This document shows positions 39,263-47,789 of a stretch of 51,684 nucleotides of DNA, in pieces. Every line of letters starts with the position of its first letter. The first letter of the stretch is position 1. The DNA is from a virus (Duplodnaviria > Caudoviricetes): the IMG/VR virus record IMGVR_UViG_3300032046_000036, positions 1-51,684 of that record. One strand, 5' to 3'. The notes beneath the pieces are model-generated. The model was not told the origin of the DNA, ran no database searches, and saw only the letters and a program-made list of their open reading frames with translations. The position numbers were made by a program, and so were the translations under genes.

Positions 39263-39290
39263 AGAATAACACCAAAATCTGACTTGTCAA
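39263..39290 (-). promoter_or_regulatory. sigma70-type late promoter
   Basis: TTGACA, 16 nt, extended -10 TG-T-TATTCT. Confidence 0.65.
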
Positions 39291-39340
39291 GTAAATTTTA
39301 TATTTTAGGTGAGATAATTTTATACTTTGTAAAGTATAAA

Positions 39341-39532
39341 CTATGATGCAACCAAACTTTTATTACCCTCAAACCCCTTTATATATCCTTCCAAAAACGA
39401 TTCCTGCCATAACAACATAACCCAACGCTTTAGGGCTTCTCTTTCATTACCAGCCAGACAGGGAAAACCATCTAATACCTTGTCAAGGTTACTAATATCA
39501 ATATCCGATATGTCACTTTTTGGTAATTCCAT
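39341..39532 (-). CDS. Hypothetical protein
   Basis: 63 aa ORF in operon orientation. Confidence 0.5.
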   Translation of the reverse strand: MELPKSDISDIDISNLDKVLDGFPCLAGNEREALKRWVMLLWQESFLEGYIKGFEGNKSLVAS

Positions 39533-39542
39533 ACTTTATATT

Positions 39543-39746
39543 TTAAGACTTCTGTTGCTCACTTATCTTCTCCATCCTGTCCTTTATGAGTCTTGTCCGC
39601 TCGCTTCTTATCCTGATGGCTTGGCCGTTCTCCACCTCAATTATCAGTTTCCCCCAGAAACCGTCCCTCAACACATCAGGGAGTTCCTCAAGCAGGAGTT
39701 CGTATAGAGCCTTCTTCCGCAGTTCCTCTTGCGTTGTTTGTGCCAT
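39543..39746 (-). CDS. Small DUF2292/YezD-like protein, candidate RNA-binding regulator
   Basis: AAGGAG RBS; helix then FWGKLIIEVENGQAIRIRSERTR, matching a [FY]G.l.I.v..G....I pattern. Confidence 0.5.
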   Translation of the reverse strand: MAQTTQEELRKKALYELLLEELPDVLRDGFWGKLIIEVENGQAIRIRSERTRLIKDRMEKISEQQKS

Positions 39747-39767
39747 TGTTTATCTCCTTCAGATATA

Positions 39768-40130
39768 TTATTTGTTGTCTCTGAACATCTCAAACAATTT
39801 AGCCAGACATTGCTCGTTGTTGAACTTGATTATCAATGACCCGCGCCGTTTTCTTGGATGCAGGTAAAAAGCACCCTTCATCACATAAGGCACTTCCCTG
39901 TCCTGAAGGGATTTCTTAAAATCCATCAATTCCTTTTGGCCTTCCTGTAATTGAGCGGTCATCTCTTTCCGGCTTTCCTGAAGCCGTATTGATATGTCCC
40001 TGACTTGCTCAACAATCCCTTCATTGAATTTAGCGAGAGCCATACTAATTCCCGCTATGTCTGTCTGTATCATTTCTCTCATAGCCTTTACCCTGGGGTC
40101 TTCTTCCTTTTTCTTAAATGGCCACCACAT
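39768..40130 (-). CDS. Coiled-coil hypothetical protein
   Basis: AAGGAG RBS before MWWPFKKK. Confidence 0.65.
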   Translation of the reverse strand: MWWPFKKKEEDPRVKAMREMIQTDIAGISMALAKFNEGIVEQVRDISIRLQESRKEMTAQLQEGQKELMDFKKSLQDREVPYVMKGAFYLHPRKRRGSLIIKFNNEQCLAKLFEMFRDNK

Positions 40131-40148
40131 AATTCTTTCTCCTTTCAA

Positions 40149-40340
40149 TTATTTGTCATTAGGAATTATACTTAATAAAATTATTAGCCCTATACCAACC
40201 ATTATCATTTCTTGGTCGTGCTGAAGTTTATAATGGTTGAATCGTTCGCGTTCGGTTGCACTTTCCGGGGGTTCACCAGTTACACATCCTGCTAATAGCA
40301 TTGTTGCTATTAGGATAATCACTAACAATATTCTTGACAT
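40149..40340 (-). CDS. Small lipoprotein with C-terminal TM
   Basis: LLAGC lipobox; MVGIGLIILLSII segment. Confidence 0.65.
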   Translation of the reverse strand: MSRILLVIILIATMLLAGCVTGEPPESATERERFNHYKLQHDQEMIMVGIGLIILLSIIPNDK

Positions 40341-40388
40341 CTTATTATCTCCTTTCAATTATGATTATAGGATTTCTCCTTTAATTTA

Positions 40389-40730
40389 TGGTGGAGGCGG
40401 GCGGAATTGCACCGCCGTCCATACGGACTTCCATAATAGCATCTACATCCATATTCAAGCGTTTTTTCTCAACGACTAACCGGTTGCTTGAACACCGATT
40501 AGCCATCCAGCAATAGTTTGTTTCAGGTATCCTACCTATTGCTATAGGAAACCATATCCGAAACTTTAGCGTCGCACCTGACTATCGGAGTCATCGGGTT
40601 TGACGAACGGCTATGCCGCTTTTCTTAAAGGTTCAGCAGTTAAGACTGCGACCGATTTTTAGCGTGGCCCTTCGGTCAACCACGGAATGCAACTATTACT
40701 TCCATCCGCTGTCGAATCTAATTCGCCCCC
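40389..40730 (-). ncRNA. ssrA: Complete one-piece tmRNA; tag (A)AEPLRKAA* at 40637-40611
   Basis: 5' GGGGGCG...GATTCGAC; 3' GGCGG-TGCAATT-CCGCC-CGCCTCC-ACCA; G3:U wobble; TAACT-GCT resume context; 342 nt. Confidence 0.95.
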
Positions 40731-40742
40731 AATTTGTTCGGT

Positions 40743-40841
40743 AATGGACATAGCCTCGTCAGAGTTTTTGATGGCAGTTGGGCGTCGTTACCACTGCCAC
40801 CGTTCTAACATCTCCTAACGACAAGGATGACTATGTCCATT
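40743..40841 (-). ncRNA. Unidentified ~99-nt bulged hairpin upstream of tmRNA
   Basis: 11-bp closing stem AATGGACATAG/CTATGTCCATT plus two inner stems. Confidence 0.5.
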
Positions 40842-40884
40842 TCCATAAATGCAGATGCTGAACTGCATATAAACTTAATTACTA

Positions 40885-42456
40885 TCATATCACCGATATT
40901 TTCGGCTCCGGCCCGAATCCTATATTTCTAATTTGCCAGCAAATAGCCCACGCTATTATAGTATCATCATAATCGCCCTCGTATTTACCTTCCCCACTAT
41001 CTTGAAAATTTCGGCATTCCGATAAGAATATCGGACAGTTAATCTTCATAAAATTGTTTTCAACCGCAGTCTTTATACCAGAAAGCATAATTGGTCTGGT
41101 CTTGAGGTTAGTCTGCCAGCCAAGTTTGACCGACTGGCCTACCGCGTCATAATCTCTGTGATAATAAAGCCGGGGATAATGCAGGACATTAAGTAGTGTA
41201 TTGAGTGTGCTATGCCCGTGATTATTCGCTTCTGGAGCCAGCCAAGCCGTATTATATTCATAGCCAAGTTTCGCCATTTTCTCGCCAAATACTTCCGGTT
41301 TCCACCGACCGTGCAGGCACGCAACCTGCTCTCCTGTTTCATAGTCAAGGACTCCGGCACAGGAGAAGTCTGAATTAGGCAGTCCTTCACCGACATCACC
41401 ACCTATAATATATTTATGTCCTACTATAGGTTTGACCCAGATAATCAAGCAACCATCCTCTTTGACTTCTATTGGTAATTTACATAAAGAAATAAGTGTG
41501 TTTATGATTGTTATATCAAAGTAATGTTGACCCGATACGACAAAAGCCGTAATGTCATCTTCTGGGTGTTCCTGTAAAAATAGTTTCTTCAAACCATTCT
41601 GTTTGCTTCTCCGCCACTTCAACTGTTCTGGTCTAATTGTTATCTGCCATTTCTCAGCCACCATCTTGATAAAATCCTTTTCCTCGGCAGTAGGAACTAT
41701 CTGTTCATCTTTCTCAAGAGATAATGAATTCGCTGGTTCTATGAACCAAGGCAGGAATATAGGTATCCAGTCGTTTCCACCCTTCTTTGCCTCGTCCCAA
41801 GTCTCAAAAAACCATCCCTTCGCCCCTTGTGCTGTGCCTTCCAGCACCACGGAACCGTATGGACAAGCCTCACATAAGCCGGCAATCAGGTTCGCTATGT
41901 CTTGAATATTCATAGAGTATCCAGTCTTGGTCTTGCCCCAGAGAGGAACCTCGCTCCCGTGAATACGCTGGAGTGTCATACTGCGCCCGAAAGACCTGTT
42001 TCCGGCTGTGCCAATATGGAACTTTGAATTGAGTTCTTTATACTCTATCTCCGCCTTGTTATCGTAATCCCTGACTGGTTTAATTTCTGGTAAGAGTTTT
42101 CGGTCAAACAGGTTGGCAATTCTGAATATTTCCACCGTGCTTGCCTTGTCGTGAGCAAGAGTAATAAGATTCTGGTTCTCCTTTGTCGCGGTGAGATAAA
42201 AACTTTCCGCCTGCTCTTCAGTTGTTATTCCACCTTGTCTGTATTTGAGCACAAGATAGTGTGGTAAGACACTGCTGTTCTTTTCTTGTCGTTTCTGTAA
42301 TTCTATCCTTTTCATCCGCCTGTATATTATCTGTGTTCGGTTGAAGAACAATGGAATTATCCGCTCCTTCTTGTCCCTAATGTAGAGAAAGCGTTGGATG
42401 TAACGGGCATCACTATTGAAAATATCCCTGATATTATTCGGTATTGTTTGTGTCAT
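40885..42456 (-). CDS. terL: Terminase large subunit
   Basis: VLKYRQGGIT Walker A, HGSE Walker B, EGTA motif, IGGDVGEG and DDTIIA nuclease motifs. Confidence 0.92.
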   Translation of the reverse strand: MTQTIPNNIRDIFNSDARYIQRFLYIRDKKERIIPLFFNRTQIIYRRMKRIELQKRQEKNSSVLPHYLVLKYRQGGITTEEQAESFYLTATKENQNLITLAHDKASTVEIFRIANLFDRKLLPEIKPVRDYDNKAEIEYKELNSKFHIGTAGNRSFGRSMTLQRIHGSEVPLWGKTKTGYSMNIQDIANLIAGLCEACPYGSVVLEGTAQGAKGWFFETWDEAKKGGNDWIPIFLPWFIEPANSLSLEKDEQIVPTAEEKDFIKMVAEKWQITIRPEQLKWRRSKQNGLKKLFLQEHPEDDITAFVVSGQHYFDITIINTLISLCKLPIEVKEDGCLIIWVKPIVGHKYIIGGDVGEGLPNSDFSCAGVLDYETGEQVACLHGRWKPEVFGEKMAKLGYEYNTAWLAPEANNHGHSTLNTLLNVLHYPRLYYHRDYDAVGQSVKLGWQTNLKTRPIMLSGIKTAVENNFMKINCPIFLSECRNFQDSGEGKYEGDYDDTIIAWAICWQIRNIGFGPEPKISVI

Positions 42457-42463
42457 TTCGCCT

Positions 42464-42964
42464 TTAGCCTCCGGCCGTTATCTGCTTGTCTTCGTTTATT
42501 ATCGTCTTGTATTCTTTCGCCCGACTCTGCCCGATTTCTTTTATCAATTTTTCTATCCCGCTCACATAATCGGGCCGGCTATCGGCCCCGCCGTAGAGGA
42601 ACTCAATCAGGCGGGTAATCTTGTCCACATCTCCGACAGTCCCCTTGAGTTTTTTATCCGTTATAAGATTTGTAAGGTATGCCAATGTTCCCTCTGCAAC
42701 CGCTATGTTTCTCGCCCTTATCTCCGCCTGCCTTTTACCAACCTTTTCTAATATCCTTATTCCCATTTTGTCCCAGTAAACCCTGCGTAATAATACCCAT
42801 TTTTCCTCCTTCGCCTTCCGTCCCAACTGTGATTGACTTATACTAAATTCCCCTGCCAATTCGTTCATAGACGGCTCGTCTTCCCTGTTGATATAAGCCG
42901 TTCTGATTGTCAGCCACTTGCCTTGGGTATTCTTCTGTTGAATTTTCCGTGTGTTTTTAGGCAT
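42464..42964 (-). CDS. terS: Terminase small subunit
   Basis: N-terminal HTH (SMNELAGEFSIS...KAKEEKW); directly upstream of terL. Confidence 0.7.
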   Translation of the reverse strand: MPKNTRKIQQKNTQGKWLTIRTAYINREDEPSMNELAGEFSISQSQLGRKAKEEKWVLLRRVYWDKMGIRILEKVGKRQAEIRARNIAVAEGTLAYLTNLITDKKLKGTVGDVDKITRLIEFLYGGADSRPDYVSGIEKLIKEIGQSRAKEYKTIINEDKQITAGG

Positions 42965-42988
42965 CTTCGGTTCTTCCGTTATTTGCCT
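42959..42988 (-). promoter_or_regulatory. Motif copy 2, covering the terS initiation region
   Basis: AGGCA-AA-TAACGGAAGAACCGAAG-A-TGCCT; outer stem includes TG of the ATG. Confidence 0.6.
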
Positions 42989-43107
42989 GTAATTCTCTGA
43001 TAAAGTAGCCGATAAAAAATCCGTATAGATTTAGCATTATCAAGATTATATGGCGACCTTAATAATTGTTCGTGCCACTCCCCGCAATCACTACAATTTG
43101 GCATATG

Positions 43108-43745
43108 TTATTTTTCTTTCAATAAAATAGGTTTAAGTTTAGCCCAATTAAGGTCTCTACCTTTGTTAAGACTATATTTGGCTTTAATCTGTTCATATTC
43201 CTTTTCCGTAGGCACTTCAAACCAGCACCATAACTGTTCCGGCTCTTGCGGAATACCATCCGGGTCAAATCCTTCTTCTTTCTGAAATGGTGGGGAAGTC
43301 AATTCGCTCAAAGATACATCCGGTATTAATGATGTTATTTCTTCATTAGTAAAACCAGTTATGTTAATATCTATTTTAGTGCTTGCCAGATTATCTAATA
43401 CCACTTTCAGTTTATCAAAATCCCATGTTGCATACTCATTGCTTCGATTATCAGCAATAGAAAAAGCCTCGGCTTCGGCTTTGCTCTTGAATTGTTGACA
43501 TAATACAGTTACTTTTCTAACACCAAGTTTGAGCAGGGCTTTCAGCCGGGTATGACCTGCCCTGATAACCTTATCAGGAAAACTTATTATAATAGGCACG
43601 CGGTAGCCGTGGCTTTTGATTAGGTCGGCTAACCGGTCTGATGCCTCATCATTCTGTCGTGGGTTTTGTCCCAAGCCAATAGCTCCTTGACTGGCATTTC
43701 CTTCAACCACATCTTGGGCATAGCAACATTTGTTTTATCTTTCAT
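43108..43745 (-). pseudogene. ParB/Srx-like domain protein with a 1-nt frameshift at 43664-43667
   Basis: AAGGAGG plus MKDK..EMPVKELLAWDK in one frame; NPRQNDEA..GYRVPIII..AGHTRL..IADNR in another. Confidence 0.7.
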
Positions 43746-43746
43746 A

Positions 43747-45099
43747 TTAACCTCCTTTTCTTAAAGATAATATATTACTGGGTATTCCTCTAATCCTACG
43801 TTTGGCTATGTCTATATATTCTGGACTGATTTCAATCCCTATGTAATGTCTGCCAAAACTTCTTGCCACTAGGCAGGTAGTCCCTGCCCCTGCGAACGGG
43901 TCTAATACAATACCACTATCAAAACTGGCGCCGCATCCACAGTCAGTAAGTTCAAATCCAATCTTCTTCTGAACCTGTTTGGTAAATAAAGTGTTGGTCG
44001 GAGATGCTTTTATCTGTTCACCTGTTTTATCACGCCATATTTTCTTTATTAGGCAAGGTGCTTTCTTCCAGATAACTATTCTTGGCTTACCACATTTCTT
44101 ACAGATAAATTTAGGGCAGGTTGCCCTAATTGGTATCTCACATAGTTGAGTCGGATAACTTGCGGCGTGTTTTTCGTCTAATGGACAAGTCGGAATAACC
44201 CATACACAACGCTTGTTACGACCTGTTGGGTTAGGGCGTAAATTCCTACCCGCCCTTTCTCCCATTACATATTGATTGGTCTTGGCTTTATATTTGCCCC
44301 TTATCATTTCCCCACCCCACCTGTTCAAAGATTTTGTATAAATATCAAATTGCTGGTCAAAGAAATAATCCGGGCTTTTGGTAAAGAAATATAAATACTC
44401 AAAATCAACTGTGAATCGGTCAGTAGCAGAAGCCGGCATACAATTAGGTTTTGCCCAGATAATGGTATTACGTCTAATCCAGCCTCGCTTTTGCATTTCT
44501 AATACAAACATTTCGGGAATGCCTACCAATGATTTTGATGTCATATAACGCCCTGGTGGAATAAATTGGGGTTGCCCCGGTGCATTAATACTATACCGAT
44601 TTTTGGTTTTTGTAGTTCTATTTTCACCACCAAATCCTTGTAAAGACCCACCGTAACTATCGGCAATATTAAGCCAGCACGAACCATCTCCTTTCAAGAC
44701 CCTCTTTACTTCATCCAAAATATCGCAGAGATGCTTGATGTAAAGCCCTGGGGTAGGCTCAAGACCTAATTCACCACGCCAAGCCCTACATTTTGAGCAA
44801 AAGGCACTGGGGCTATTCCCCCATCCGTGCAAACCCTTTTTAAGGGCAGTATGACTACTTAAAGCGCCACCTATACCCTGCTGGTTTTGATGGATTAACC
44901 GTGCCGTATAATTGACCCAGCGGTGTTGACAGCCGGTTTTGCTATCCCATATAATGGGATTTGTTTTATATGACCTCAGACTCCAATACGGCGGCGATGT
45001 TATAACTATATCTATTGATTCGTTAGGAATTTCCTTTAAGATTTCTAAGGCATTCCCCTGAAGTATGGTATCAATAATATCCTTAACTCGGTATATCAT
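43747..45099 (-). CDS. Beta-class amino (N4-C/N6-A) DNA methyltransferase with Cys-rich insertions
   Basis: ITSPPY, IIWAKPNCMP, H.A.YP, VLDPFAGAGTT; likely start MIYRVK. Confidence 0.9.
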   Translation of the reverse strand: MIYRVKDIIDTILQGNALEILKEIPNESIDIVITSPPYWSLRSYKTNPIIWDSKTGCQHRWVNYTARLIHQNQQGIGGALSSHTALKKGLHGWGNSPSAFCSKCRAWRGELGLEPTPGLYIKHLCDILDEVKRVLKGDGSCWLNIADSYGGSLQGFGGENRTTKTKNRYSINAPGQPQFIPPGRYMTSKSLVGIPEMFVLEMQKRGWIRRNTIIWAKPNCMPASATDRFTVDFEYLYFFTKSPDYFFDQQFDIYTKSLNRWGGEMIRGKYKAKTNQYVMGERAGRNLRPNPTGRNKRCVWVIPTCPLDEKHAASYPTQLCEIPIRATCPKFICKKCGKPRIVIWKKAPCLIKKIWRDKTGEQIKASPTNTLFTKQVQKKIGFELTDCGCGASFDSGIVLDPFAGAGTTCLVARSFGRHYIGIEISPEYIDIAKRRIRGIPSNILSLRKGG

Positions 45100-45115
45100 A
45101 ATTATTATTCCGCCT

Positions 45116-45532
45116 TTAGAACGGTATATTTTCTTCTTCCTCTTGCTCGTGATTCGGCTGGTCTTCCTCTGACCTCTGTTCCGGGAGAACAGCCTGTTTA
45201 TCCGTCTTGGGCAGAAACTGGACTCGCTGGGCAACTACCTCTATACTTGACCTTTTCTGCCCTTCCTTAGTCTGCCACTGATTCATACGCAACCGACCTT
45301 CCACCAAAGCAAGACTGCCTTTCTTGAGATGCTCGGCACAGGCTTCTCCCGTCCGACCCCACACAGTTACTTTGATAAACAGAACACTCTCTTTTTTTCC
45401 CCCATCTTGTGTCGTATAATGCTCATTAACCGCTAAATCAAAAGAACAAACCGCCTTTCCTTGTTGGGAATATCGCAATTCAGGGTCTCGCGTTAGGTTA
45501 CCCATCAGTATCACGCAGTTAAAATTAGCCAT
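45116..45532 (-). CDS. ssb: Single-stranded DNA-binding protein
   Basis: N.VILMGNLTRDPELRY, VEGRL, acidic IPF tail. Confidence 0.95.
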   Translation of the reverse strand: MANFNCVILMGNLTRDPELRYSQQGKAVCSFDLAVNEHYTTQDGGKKESVLFIKVTVWGRTGEACAEHLKKGSLALVEGRLRMNQWQTKEGQKRSSIEVVAQRVQFLPKTDKQAVLPEQRSEEDQPNHEQEEEENIPF

Positions 45533-45580
45533 ATTGTCTCCTTTCTTATATTGTTCCCGCTATGTCTGTTGCCATAAATG

Positions 45581-45958
45581 TTATGGATTCCATTCCAGTG
45601 GTTTCTGTGTATGCCACTCGCAAAAACTGATTTTAAGTATGTTCACGAAAGGTCTGATATTGTCCATTACCTGCAGAGCAAGTTCCTTTCTTGACTTCTG
45701 GTTGAGTTCACGAATCATATCCGCTAATAGGTCGTGGACAACTGCCAAGTTGTTAATCATTATTGCCCTCTGTTCAAGAGTTATTGCGAATTGTTCGGGT
45801 GCCGGGGCTTCAGATTGGTCTATCTGAAACTTCCCGTCTGGTAAGAGAATAATCCTGCACTTCCTGTTAGATAACACCAACCCGCTATCATCGTAGAGAG
45901 CAATCCAACCTGGGGGCAACCATTCACCTATCTTTATCGTTATTCCGAATAGTTTCAT
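45581..45958 (-). CDS. Hypothetical protein
   Basis: GGAGGTG RBS, ATGA overlap. Confidence 0.6.
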   Translation of the reverse strand: MKLFGITIKIGEWLPPGWIALYDDSGLVLSNRKCRIILLPDGKFQIDQSEAPAPEQFAITLEQRAIMINNLAVVHDLLADMIRELNQKSRKELALQVMDNIRPFVNILKISFCEWHTQKPLEWNP

Positions 45959-46233
45959 TGTCCACACCTCCACCCTCTTGCTATTGACTCCACACCGTCA
46001 TTTTCACACCAGCACGGCCTGAGGATAAACCCGCAACCGGCCTTCTTGGTTATCTCATCCAAATTCCGCTTGTAAAACTTGCAATGGGGTGGCTCCACTT
46101 CAACAGTGCCTCCACTTTCAACCACCTCGTGGACTGGCTTTTCATAGTGCCTACAACCGCCGATATTGGCAACATCTGGTTCCTTACCATTTATATTGAC
46201 AAAGAAAAGGCAGTATCGGACTGATTCAGTCAT
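45955..46233 (-). CDS. Cys-rich hypothetical protein
   Basis: Translational coupling. Confidence 0.6.
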   Translation of the reverse strand: MTESVRYCLFFVNINGKEPDVANIGGCRHYEKPVHEVVESGGTVEVEPPHCKFYKRNLDEITKKAGCGFILRPCWCENDGVESIARGWRCGQ

Positions 46234-46571
46234 TATACGAACTCCTTTAGTGGCATCGGTATCTTCTCATTTAGCGGGCGCCACAGGTGAAGACAATGTT
46301 TGTGATTGTTGATATAGTCCGCCTTCGCCGGATGTAACTGCATAGCCACCTCGTCATCTTCAAAGAACATTGACTTGATTATATTCATTATCCGCCAAGT
46401 AGGGGTCTTCTTCTCCGCCGATACCGATATATGCTCCCACCCCAGTCCATTACTGGCAATTACTTTGTAATCGTAGCCATCTATTAGGATAATAAAAGCC
46501 CCGTTATACTCATCGCCCCACTTTCCATAAAGGTTAACCCTATACTGATTGAGGTAATCAAGATTTCGCAT
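46233..46571 (-). CDS. Conserved phage protein (GWEHxSVS / CLHLWRP family)
   Basis: GWEHISVS..PTW..M..IK..FF..Q.HP..YIN.H..CLHLWRP. Confidence 0.75.
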   Translation of the reverse strand: MRNLDYLNQYRVNLYGKWGDEYNGAFIILIDGYDYKVIASNGLGWEHISVSAEKKTPTWRIMNIIKSMFFEDDEVAMQLHPAKADYINNHKHCLHLWRPLNEKIPMPLKEFV

Positions 46572-46587
46572 TTATAACTTCTTCCTC

Positions 46588-46644
46588 ATTTACGGTCATA
46601 AAGGCAACATCGCAAAACTGGAGAGGCGGTGTTCGGCGATTTTA
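46588..46644. repeat. 57-bp direct repeat of the MTase 3' end; second copy 47816-47872
   Basis: 55/57 identical by eye. Confidence 0.9.
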
Positions 46645-47351
46645 CAGTATTCCTCTGATATTTCTATGCCGATAAAACGCCTGCCTAATTCTTTACAGGC
46701 AACAGCGGTTGTTCCAGAACCGAGAAAAGGGTCAAGGATTAAGTCGTTTTCTTGAGAACACGCAACGATACATCGTTTAGGTATTTCGCTTGGGAACGGA
46801 GCAGGATGAGGATTATTTTTTTCAGGATTTATTCTCCAGATTTCCTTATAATGGAATGCCTCTGGATTAAATTTTGGAGAAAACCTTCCTTTCGTAATCC
46901 AGAATATATATTCAACTATAGGCATAAACCTTATCGGATCTAATACTGGACTATTTCCTCTGTCCCAAATAATCATTTGTCTTATATTAAAAGATAATAG
47001 CCATTCGTGGGGGAAAATTGCCTTATGATTAACTAATCTCGGCTTATGATTATAGAAAATACTTCCGTCATCCTTCAAAACTCTCAAACATTCCTCCAGA
47101 ACTTCTTTTTGATTTTTTTGATAATCCTTTTCTGGTAAATCATCCTTAAACTCTCCATAAGAAATTGCTGATTTAACCCAAGCGTCTTTTGGGTCATGCT
47201 TTTTATTAGCCGAATGTTTATTATACGGAGGGCTGGTAATCACAAGGTTAATACTTTTATCTGGTATATCTTTCATAACTTTAAGGCAGTCTCCACAGAC
47301 AACCTTATTTACCATCTGCGTCCAGTCGGTGATTTTGTTAAGTTTTAGCAT
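46596..47351 (-). CDS. Beta-class amino (N4-C/N6-A) DNA methyltransferase
   Basis: GDCL, ITSPPY, HPAPFP, ILDPFLGSGTT. Confidence 0.92.
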   Translation of the reverse strand: MLKLNKITDWTQMVNKVVCGDCLKVMKDIPDKSINLVITSPPYNKHSANKKHDPKDAWVKSAISYGEFKDDLPEKDYQKNQKEVLEECLRVLKDDGSIFYNHKPRLVNHKAIFPHEWLLSFNIRQMIIWDRGNSPVLDPIRFMPIVEYIFWITKGRFSPKFNPEAFHYKEIWRINPEKNNPHPAPFPSEIPKRCIVACSQENDLILDPFLGSGTTAVACKELGRRFIGIEISEEYCKIAEHRLSSFAMLPL

Positions 47352-47356
47352 ACCTT
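47307..47356. repeat. 50-bp direct repeat of the MTase 5' end; second copy 48816-48865
   Basis: 48/50 identical by eye. Confidence 0.9.
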
Positions 47357-47632
47357 TTTATTTTCTATCGGGAATTTATGACACAATTCATCAAAACAAA
47401 TCTTAAAAAAATCAGGCTTTTGTTCCAGTATTATCTTAAAGGCTGTTTGTATATAAAACGAGTGAATCTTGCTATGACAAAAATAATGGAGGTCAATTAA
47501 ATTGTCTGATTCATTATCTCCACCATATCTTTTAGGTTTAATATGATGAGTCCTTTTAACCAAACTTGTTTTACTTAAAATCTTTTTACAAAAAGGACAA
47601 ATATTCTTTTCCACCTTTGCCGATATATTCAT
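47345..47632 (-). CDS. HNH endonuclease
   Basis: CPFC..HHIKP..GG....NLI.L...CH..IH. Confidence 0.85.
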   Translation of the reverse strand: MNISAKVEKNICPFCKKILSKTSLVKRTHHIKPKRYGGDNESDNLIDLHYFCHSKIHSFYIQTAFKIILEQKPDFFKICFDELCHKFPIENKKVC

Positions 47633-47745
47633 AAAATAAAAAGGGCGTCACCACTCGGTAAAGAGAGGCTGAAGATTTGACTCTTCTGACGCCCTTCAGT
47701 TTTTGGAATTAAAGACATAGACAACCCCTCATTTACCGAGTTATC
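47629..47745 (-). promoter_or_regulatory. Structured leader with 29-aa leader ORF (47718-47629), terminator-like stem and anti-RBS
   Basis: AAGGGCGTCA/TGACGCCCTT plus U-tract; 47653-47670 complementary to 47723-47741. Confidence 0.65.
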
Positions 47746-47747
47746 CA

Positions 47748-47786
47748 ACAATAACAAATTCCCATAGAATGTCAAGAAAAATCTTT
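47748..47786 (-). promoter_or_regulatory. sigma70-type promoter
   Basis: TTGACA (47775-47770), 16 nt, TG-T-TATTGT; preceded by AAAGATTTTTC. Confidence 0.65.
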
Positions 47787-47789
47787 ATT

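Noticed and set aside
40389-40420. tRNA-Ala or attP fragment
   Set aside because: It is the 3' end of a full tmRNA with matching 5' end and tag; no integrase recognised.
40743-40841. SRP RNA or 6S RNA
   Set aside because: No GGAA tetraloop or SRP internal-loop motif, and too short for typical 6S; kept as unidentified.
45100-45234. N-terminal extension of the 495-aa MTase ORF
   Set aside because: Overlaps ssb; a better start with RBS is at 45099.
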